64,000 bases of DNA from Vitrella brassicaformis CCMP3155 (taxonomy: Eukaryota > Protista > Chromerida): NCBI GenBank assembly GCA_001179505.1, contig CDMY01000613.1:186001-250000 (forward strand). Reading direction: 5' to 3'. Below, in pieces: positions 39,536-48,751 of the stretch. The position numbers and the translations under genes are program-made. Within the stretch, counting starts at the first letter, position 1, and every line of letters begins with the position of its first letter. The notes below the pieces were generated by a model that was given only the letters and a program-made list of their open reading frames with translations, made no database searches and had not been told where the DNA came from.

Positions 39536-40332
39536 GTGTGCAGGCGCATGCGCGAAGACGAGGAGCGACGCGGCCCCCCGCGCGACCGAGACCGATACGT
39601 ATGAGGCCACCCAAACCCCACCCCCCCACACACATCTTCTCTCCCTGTCTTCGGTGTGTCGCCTGGTTATCAATCAGGAGTACGACCGTCGTGACCCCCG
39701 TGACGACCGATACGACCGCTACGACCGTGGTGGGTATGATCGTGGATACGACCGTGGTGGTGGGGGCTACTACGACCGGGGCGGCGGATACGACCGCGGG
39801 GGATACGGGAGGGACCGGGACTACCACGAGTGAGCGTGACACGGAGGGGCAAAACCGACAACAGCATGGGGGGCTCATAGGTGTGTGTTGTGTTGTGTTG
39901 TTGGTGTGTGTGTGTCGGGTGGGGTGGTGCAGTAGGGACAGGGACTACAGGGACAGGGACCGGTACGGCGGGCGTGACGACTACAGGGACTCGAGACGCG
40001 ACGACCGCAGGGGCGGGGGAGGAGGGGGAGGGGGAGGAGATGACTCCTACAAGCGACCAAGACACGATGACAGGGATGAGGTCAGTCACTCAGTCACACA
40101 CACACACACAGAGTGCTCATCGATGGGATGGCCTTGATGCGATGCATTGCTTACTGACTGGGTGTTGTGGTCCTTGTGTCGTCTCGTGTGCCTGTTATAG
40201 CGGCCCAGTGATCGTCGGCCCGGTGAGCAGGATGATGAGAAGGATAAGCACATCAATGGCGTGGATAGAGACGCGGCCAACGCAGGACACGAGAACGGAC
40301 ACCGAGACGACGACAGAGACCGACGCGACTGA
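38487..40332 (+). CDS. SRSF2/SC35-like RRM protein with an RD/YDRG-rich tail, 7 exons
   Basis: RRM: LVSLKVDNLDDRVEPDSLRDVFKK|FGEVADVYIPIHPRNNRPRGYGFVRFRDKKAADEAI...|GRKITVGEAKYGR, which closely follows the SC35 RRM pattern. The tail consists of RD and YDRGG repeats. Confidence 0.85.
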
Positions 40333-41311
40333 CCAGACACCAGAGTCACGGAAACACGCGCACCTCTGCACCAGGTGGGCCGGATGGGGCGGCAGAAAGG
40401 GGTGGAGGAGGATGGAGGATGGTGTGGCCAGGTGTGCTCTGTCCAGCCTGTCTGTCTGTGATTGTGATTCCATCCACCTTGAAGAGAGCGCTGTTGCGTG
40501 GGATGGCACCGATGTGATTTGATTTGATGTGCTGTGATGTGTGCGTGGGTAGGGAGGTAGCTAGCGCCTAGCGGCTGGCGGAGAGAGAGACAGAGAGAGG
40601 GAGAAACCAACCAGCGTTGGCATCACGTGTATTCGTTTCCAGCCGCTCCCCATCTCCTCTCCACTGTGTCCATGTCCACTGTAGAAACCAAGAGAGAAGC
40701 CGCCTGACTGCCTGCCTGCCTCTGTGGCTGATTATCCACTCTCTCTCTCTCTCTCTGTGCGTGTGTGTGTGGGTCACCAGTTAATTGTCCAGTTCGTACG
40801 TGCGTGCAGATTCTTGAGTGAGTGCGTGAGTACAGCAGCATAGCTAGGACGACAGTGAGTACTCCATGATACCACTGACGGTGGCGTGTTGGTGTGTGTG
40901 GACTGACAGACAGACAGACACACAGACATGGATGGATGGATGGATGGTGGATTCTCGTGTTCGTGTCTGTCTGTCTGCCTTCGTTTTAATATCGTGGCGA
41001 CCGCCAGTCATTCACGCCGCTCTACTCTAATCCGCCGCTGGCTGGTTGGCTGGCTGGCTGGCTAAGGTCGATCAGTCATATCCTCATACCTAACAAACCA
41101 CAGCAGTAGCCACACGCTGTCCTTCGACACGCAGCACCAGCCGCACATGAAAATTCCCCATATCCACACTACACACAAACACATACGAGCACATGACAAG
41201 AACAACTCACACGAGAGAGACGGGGGAGCCAGGGGGGATGCAAAAAAGCACTCTACACCACCACACACGACATGTCCCAACCGCCGGCCATGTGGCCGGG
41301 TGACCCACCCA

Positions 41312-41611
41312 NNNNNNNNNNNNNNNNNNNNNNNNNNNNNNNNNNNNNNNNNNNNNNNNNNNNNNNNNNNNNNNNNNNNNNNNNNNNNNNNNNNNNNNNN
41401 NNNNNNNNNNNNNNNNNNNNNNNNNNNNNNNNNNNNNNNNNNNNNNNNNNNNNNNNNNNNNNNNNNNNNNNNNNNNNNNNNNNNNNNNNNNNNNNNNNNN
41501 NNNNNNNNNNNNNNNNNNNNNNNNNNNNNNNNNNNNNNNNNNNNNNNNNNNNNNNNNNNNNNNNNNNNNNNNNNNNNNNNNNNNNNNNNNNNNNNNNNNN
41601 NNNNNNNNNNN
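41312..41611. other. Assembly gap (300 N)
   Basis: Run of N. Confidence 1.
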
Positions 41612-41689
41612 CCACATCCCTCTGTCTAGCTCTCAGTGCGATGTGATGTGCGATATGCGATCCATCCATCCATCAGATGTGTCAGTCAG

Positions 41690-43836
41690 TCAGGCCCACC
41701 GCGCCACTGTCTGGTTAACGGCCAGCATCTCGTCCCTCAGTGCGATGTAGCTCTGCTTGGGGCGGTAGGCTGCGTCGAAGAGGAGGGGGTAGTCGGGCCG
41801 GAACATGTCGCGGTTCAGCCACGTCGACTTGTCTACGATGCCCCACGTCAGGAAAGCCGTGCAGTTGGGCTCCTCCAGACACACACGCATGAACCGCCGG
41901 TACACGTCGGCCTGACAAACACAACACATACACAGGAGAGCGATCGGGACTCAAGCGGTTTCGCCCGCCCACCTGTTTCTTCTCAATCTCCGGGCCCCAC
42001 TCATTGTCGTCGCCGCACTTGATCCAGTTGCCCGTTCCCTCTGGGGCTCCGACATGCTCCCAGCGGCCGCACGAGACATCCAGCTCGGTGAACTGCACCT
42101 CCAGGCCCAGCGCCCCCAGCCGCCTCATGTTTGCCCTTATCCCGTCAAAGAGGTCGTAGTCGTGTGTCACGTGCGACTGGAAGCCCACCTGCATACGCAG
42201 AGCACACGAGCAACTCATCAATCAAACATGGCACCAGCAGATGATGGTCAGCGTGGTGTCGTCAGTCACCCCGTCGACGGGAATGGCGCGCCTCTTCATG
42301 CCTTTCATCAGGTTGTAGAGGGCGTCCGACTTGCCGGCGCTGTAGCCGTCGGCAGACTCGCACCAGTACTCATTATAGATGAGCTTCATGGGCGGCATGG
42401 GGGTGTCGTGCAGGGCGTCGGCGGCTTTGGCGGCCTTGGAAGCCGTCACGAAGGCGAGATCAATGAACTCGGGGATGTCTGGGTACCACACGGTGTCGCG
42501 CAGCCTGTAGCCGCCCTTCCGCAGTTGGTCGGCGTCCTGAAAGTCGTCAAGGGCTGCACACACACACACACACACACAGAGAAAAGAGAGAGAGAGTGAC
42601 AAAGGGGTACACAGGAGGGCGGCGGGCGAGTGAGCCTGTGTGTCTGGTCTGCTGCTCACACACACCCTCATTGACAACGTCCCAATGGATGAGATTGGGG
42701 TACTCGGGCGTCCTGAACCGCTCCACCATCCTCTCAATATGCCCCACAAGCTGGTTCCTCTTATCGGCAGCACTTAGCGTGGGCAGCCACACCCCCACAT
42801 TCCCATAATTGACGTCCATGTACCACAGCAGCGTGTGAAACCGCGCCTTCTGCCCGTTGGCCTTGGCAAGCCTGAAGATCTGCTCGCAGGCGTCAAAGGC
42901 AATGTTGTCGAGGTCGGCGTCCGTCCGGGTCGTCCACCACTTGCACTCTCGCTCGGCCGAGATGACTCCCAGCTCCTCCTTGACGATCTGCTGATAGGCT
43001 GCCTCGCCGCCATATCGGCACCTGGGGTTGTTCTGGGCGTCGAGGGGCGCCTGGCAAATGACCGACCCGAAAGCGATGCCCGCCTTGGCCGCTGCGGCCT
43101 TGAGCGACCCCACCCACTGAGAGGAGCTCTCCCCATTGGCTGCCTGAATGCCAGTCAGAGCCAAAGTAGTGTTCGTCAGTGGCGAGCTGCCTGAGAGCCA
43201 GCAAACAGCACATCAGATGGGATGGGATGGCGGGGCGTTTTGGCATCCTCTCACCGCCTGTGTCCACAGTGAGGTTGACGGTGTAGATTGTCGGTGAGGC
43301 GTCCCCGTCCCTCAGCACCGCAGCCTCCAATGTGTGATCCCCATCCAGCAGGAAACTGTGGTCCGACGCCTCCTGCAGCACCCTCAGCGCCCTGCTGGCC
43401 TTGGCGGCGCCCTCAAACACACTGCCGTCGCGGGGAAACAGCGAGTACGGCGGGAGGCTGGCCTGGTGGTGGAAGACATTCTCCCCGGAGGTGTCCGTGA
43501 CTGTGAAGTCGACGGAGACGATGGGCGGCAAACCTCTGATGTGCTCGGGGTCTGGCTGGAAGAGAATGGTGATTGGGTCGGGCAGGTTGGCCGGGAGGGG
43601 GAAGGGGCTGCTGGTGAGGGGGAGGGCGTTGAGCAGGCGGCCGTTTGTGGCGTCGACGAAGCTGAGGAGGAAGACCTGTTCCTCGGGCGCAAACACACTT
43701 TCCTGAGCATCTGCACACAGACAGACAGACAGACAGACAACGTTGCAGACAGGGGCCGCTGCAACGTTGCTGTCTTGTGACCTGCAAATAGTTGTGCCAC
43801 CGCCAGGGACGCGCAGATAGGCCAAAACAGCTGCAT
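41690..43836 (-). CDS. Secreted glycoside hydrolase family 10 (endo-1,4-beta-xylanase-like) with an N-terminal Ig-like module, 6 exons
   Basis: Signal peptide MQLFWPICASLAVAQLFA. GH10 motifs ERECKW, ARFHTLLW, WDVVNE (acid/base Glu, ~42667-42684), KLIYNEY, PVDG|VGFQSH, VQFTELDV (nucleophile Glu, ~42075-42095), TWGIVDKSTWL and PLLFDAAYRPKQSY. Confidence 0.93.
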
Positions 43837-43996
43837 TGAATCGTAAAGGTACTTGAATGCCAGGTAGAAATAAAGGTACTTGAATTGTAAATCAGCCGTT
43901 GGAAGCAGACGCAGAATGATCCAGCGGATATCTCGCAGTTACTTGTTGCCCTGAGAGTGCGCAAAACCACCCCCTGACTCCTGAGGAAGCGCGGAG
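43837..43996. promoter_or_regulatory. 160-bp divergent promoter region between GH10 and the PQQ dehydrogenase, with a 15-bp direct repeat
   Basis: The ATGs at 43836 (-) and 43997 (+) face away from each other. TAAAGGTACTTGAAT occurs at 43844-43858 and 43871-43885. Confidence 0.65.
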
Positions 43997-46900
43997 ATGG
44001 AGGCGCTCCTTGCTCTCGTGTGTGCCGTCGTCTTGATGACGGTGATACCTGGGTGGGCAGCACCCCCACAGAGCAAGAAGCCAAGGGCAGGCCCGTCATT
44101 GAAGAAGCCTGAGGAGTCTAAGCCTCTGCGACCACCATTGAAGCGGCACCGGATGAGGCCGAGGCAAAAGGCTGTGACAACCTTCGAGCCCGAGAGGCCG
44201 GGGAAAGGGGAGCTGTTCGACGAGTGCGATGAGGTGCGCCACGCAGAGCTGCCCGCCGGATTCCGGGCGTGCGTCGTTGCAACGGGGCTGCAGTAGGACA
44301 GCAAAGAGAGAGAGAGAGAGAGAGATGGGTGGGTATGATGCGCCTGGCTGTCTATATGCTGCTGCTGCTGTTGCTGTTGTGTGTGTGTGTGTGCAGGCAG
44401 CCCCGTCAGCTGGTGGTGTCGAATGAGACTGATGACGCCATTGTGCTGGTCGACAGGGTGGGGTGCAGCTTCTTGCTGCCAGGTGGGCTGGGTCGGGGTG
44501 TGGGGAGTAGTAGCGTCTGGGCATATTTCTCTGTCTTTCCTCTCTCTCTGTCTCTGTGTGTGTGTGCAGACCAATGTGACGCCATGTGCGGCCAAAGTAA
44601 GCAAGCCTCGGAGGAAGGAATGGTCCGCTTGGACCTTCTCACTCACGACCCTTTGGTTGCTTCTTTTCCTCCTTGTGCAGGTGGCAATGACAGTATCATC
44701 ACAATGAAGGACCTCAATCGCAACGGGGTGTGTGAGTGAATGAGTGAGTGCACCTCGACGGTCAGACTGTGTACTGTACCTCTCGTCCCTCTCTCTGTCC
44801 AGCTGATCGACAAGAACGAGAGGTACGTCTTGTGGGAGGGCGACGAGTTGCGGCTCAGCCACGGTGAGCCAGGCAACACAAACACACACTCACACGCATG
44901 GCTGGTCGCTCGACGCACACGCGCCATCCATAAGCTGTGCTGCTGTGTTGTGTGTAGGGCTTGCTGTCCACCGCGGCTACCTCTTCGCCAGCAATGCGAC
45001 ACACGTCATGAGGTGGGTGAGGTGACCTGGGCGCCTCCGCCATTGTTCAGAAGGGGATTTTTGCCATCCCGTGTGTTGTGTGCGTGTGTGGTTGTGGTTG
45101 TGTGTGCAGGTGGCCTTACACGCCAGGCCAGACGTCTCCTCTGAACGAGAGCCAGCGTGTGGTGGTCATGACCGGCATGAACATCGGGGGCTGCGGGGCT
45201 GCCGCCCTCGGACACCTCGTAAGTCGGTGTGATGTGCAAACAGTGCACACTGCTTGCTGCGGATTATGATCATCATTGCAAGCTGTGGTGTGTGTTGTGT
45301 GTTGTGTCTTCTTGTGGTGTGTGGTGTGTGGCAGACGAGGACTCTGATCGTTGACGACCAGGACCGGCTGTATGTCACCATCGGGAGCTTCAGAGACTCG
45401 TGGCCAGGTAGGCTATCTATCGCCTTTCTATGGACAATATGCCTACGTGTTGTGTTGGTGCTGTGTTTGTCAAGGTGATGAGGACTCATCCAGGGCGAGA
45501 ATACAAAGGTTGGTTGGCAAGAATGAGTGAATGGACCGATGACACACCAGGGAGGGAGGCGGGAATATTTCTGTTGTTTGCTCTTTCAGGTTCGAGAACG
45601 TGACAGACCCGCTGGTCCTCCACACGTACAAGACACAGAACTGGACAGACGGGGAGGTCTTCGCGGTGAGTGAGCCCATGCCTCTCATCCATCCATCCAT
45701 CCATCCATCCACAGCCCTCCACTCCCTGCCACCCACCCACCACGTCTGCCTGTCTCTGTCTATGTCTGGGTGGGGTGGGGCAGGACGGCACGCGCAACAC
45801 AGTGGGGCTGGCCTTTGATCCAAAAGGTGACACACACATGAATGACAGAGACACGATGGATGGATGCCATGATGGCATCAACAGTCGCATGTGACTGACT
45901 GACTGACTGACCGATCGCAGGCCGACTGTGGGGCGTCGACACGAATGACGACTTCATCACACACGAGGAGCTTGGCGGAGACGACGTCCGGGAAGGTACA
46001 CACACACCCTCGCTGTCTCCACTGATCTCCTCTCCCCTGCAGACAACCCCTCGGAGGAGCTGAATCTCTTCACTGAGGAGCGAGCCGGCAGGTCCTTCGG
46101 CTACCCCCGCTGCTGGACAGAGGGACGACTCGGCCCCAAACACGCACGCGGCCGCGGCTCACAGTGGTCCGTCCCGGGCCGCAACGACACCTACATCAAG
46201 GGCCAGGGCCGCAGCAACGACACCACACGCTTTCTCAATGACACCTGGTGCCAGAACATCTCCAACAACCAGCCGCCCGAGCTGCCGCTGCAGGCGCACG
46301 CCAGCCACATCGGCATTGCCTTCCTGGGCGGCAAGGGGAGCAGCGACAGGTGGCGGGAGAGGTGTGAGGAGACGGGGGAGAGTGCCAACGGCGGCTTTCC
46401 CTGTGAGTATGGGGGCGATGCCTTCCTGGCTGCCCATGGGACCTACCAGGCCGAGGATTGCCCGCCGTGCGACAGCCGGTCGCAGCTGGCGGGCTACCAA
46501 GTCAGTCGCGTGTTGATGGACGAGGATGGGATGCCCACTGGGGAGGTGCTCAAGCTACTGGCTGAAGAAAGTAAGCCTTGCATGAGGGCCAGATACAAGC
46601 AACCACCCTGTGTGTGTGTGTAGCCGGGAGCAACGATTGGGATGTTCGGCCAGTCTCGACTGCCTTTGACAGCGAGGTCAGTCAGTCGTCGAAAGATGAT
46701 ACCACACCACACCAACCATACGTCTCAATTAGGTCTTCTCTTGTCTCTATGTGTCAGGGCCGGATGTTCGTGTCGGATGACGGGACCGGCCAGATACTCA
46801 TGGTGAGTCAGGAAAGGAGAGCAAAGGAGAGACACCCACCTGTTTGCCTTTGCCGCGTACATACACCAACCAGGTGTACTACAGAGCGGCCCTCGCAGAG

Positions 46901-47743
46901 ACCGCCATCACCGAGTCCCCATCCCCCCTGCCGCTTGTGGCCGGATTCACACCCGCCCAGCCACCCAAGTGTGACCCCGCCAGAGCCGCAGAAGCCCCAT
47001 CAGGCCGGTCACCCCTCGCCATGCACAAACACATCAGCCAGTGCGCCTCAAGCTGCCTTGAGAGGGGGTCGTCGCAAAGAAGCACTGCTGGCTTTGACGG
47101 CGACGGCGGGGGCATCGCGGACTTGTCGATGGCGTCAGCTGCGATCGACAAGAGCTGTGAGGGCTTCTCTGTGGACGTCAATGGCACGTGTGCGGTGCAT
47201 CCCGACGAGGCAATGCACAAAGCGCAGGGGAGCCCGCCGTGCACAAAACTGACGTACAGGAGGGCGGCGCCGCCCGAGGGCTACTTCGAGAAGGGCGTAG
47301 GCAGCTGCAGGGCCTTCTCGGCCTACCCCGCGCCCCTCAAAAGAGGCAAAAAATTCTCCATGTCCTACTCACGGCTGGTGCCCGCCGGTCCGAACGCCAA
47401 GACCATCGACTTCGCCAACTGTGTCAATGCGTGTGACGACTACGGGGGCAAGAGCAAGTGGTGTGTCGGGCTGGACTACGACTACGCCAACAGGTCCTCC
47501 TACCCCTGCCACCTGTACGTGGCGGCAACCAAGGGGAAACTGGTGTACGCGCCTGTGGACCACCGGCTGACGCAGCGGGCGTACCAACGGCCGGATCGGT
47601 GGTGCCTCGGCCGCGACGTGCCGCGGGAGATACTTGAGGAGGCCGAAGCGGCCATGAAAAAGGTGAAGCTCACCACAACAGAAAAGCCGAAGCTTAAGAA
47701 GGCAGAAAGGAAAGGCCACAAGCAGACAAGAAGTAGTGTGTGA
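43997..47743 (+). CDS. Secreted PQQ-dependent sugar dehydrogenase (AA12 / glucose-sorbosone dehydrogenase-like propeller) fused to C-terminal PAN/apple-like domains, about 15 exons
   Basis: Signal peptide MEALLALVCAVVLMTVIPGWA. Motifs LPAGFRACVVATGLQ|QPRQL, LSH|GLAVH, GHL|TRTL, GTRNTVGLAFDP, DNPSEELN, FGYPRCW, LQAHASHIGIAF, AFLAAHGTY, AGYQVSRV, RPVSTAFDSE|GRMFVSDDGTGQI. The last exon has Cys-patterned modules (CVNACDDYGGKSKWCVGLDYDY...PCHLY). Confidence 0.85.
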
Positions 47744-48751
47744 GCGCAGTTCAGTTCAGCTCAGTTCAGTTCAGTCAGGTGCGGTGGATGCATCCCATCA
47801 TGGCCACGCCATCCATCGGTGCGTGTCGATGGCATGGCGATGGAGAGAGACACGTGTATGCGCTGTTGGATTGCTGGACGGCTCGGCTCATTGGACTATG
47901 CTATGTGGTGTGGTGTATGTGATGTGCGTCCCTAGGGTACAGCGAGCGGCGGCCGGGTGGTCGGTGGCGGCTTGCTGTGGGTGGTGGTCTTAGCAATTCA
48001 CACACTATTCCACCGCCACCCTCCATGACAGACATGACTGACGTACGTGTGGTGTGCAGCGGGAGACCGAGGCAGTGCGTGTGTGTGTGTGTGTGTGTGT
48101 TCGTCCTGTCTGCCTGTCTGCCTGCCTGCCTCGCTCGCAGAGCCTTTTGCTATGTCGATGAGTGTGTGGCCGTCACTGTGGATAGGGTATGGTAGGGTTT
48201 GTGGCACTGATGAAAGTCTTTGGTGTCCCTATCTGTTTTGTCTGCATGCCATGTGTGCTGTGAGTGTGTCGTGTCGCCCGTCGTGTCACTCATTGACGTC
48301 ATGATACGATGGATGGACCGGCGGTGATTTAAACTTATCGCATTCGTGGAAGCATTGTCACGAACACGCCCGGAAACAATCAAGGGCGGACCCGACAGTG
48401 GCAATTCTCCGCTGCAGCTGTCATGGCCATCATGATTATGTAGCTGCACAAGGAACGCACCAACGATGTCACAAGACACGCACCAGTCCTAATTGATGTC
48501 CATCCATCCGTCCATCCCCTGGCTGGCTGACGGACTGACACATGCATTGCAGACCAAAGGCCGACATCACCTCCCTACGCACTGCCTGCCTATCCCACTG
48601 TTTGACTGGATGATATGTACACACATCGATACTCTCACTCGTTGCCCGCCCGCCTCACCTCACATCGGTCGCATCGCATCAACACACCCGGCCCACACGC
48701 ACGATCCATGCATGGGTGTCACACATCTATACGACACACGGAGGGGTCATG

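Noticed and set aside
41147-41669. ORFs spanning 41.1-41.7 kb
   Set aside because: Artefacts of reading through the 300-N gap.
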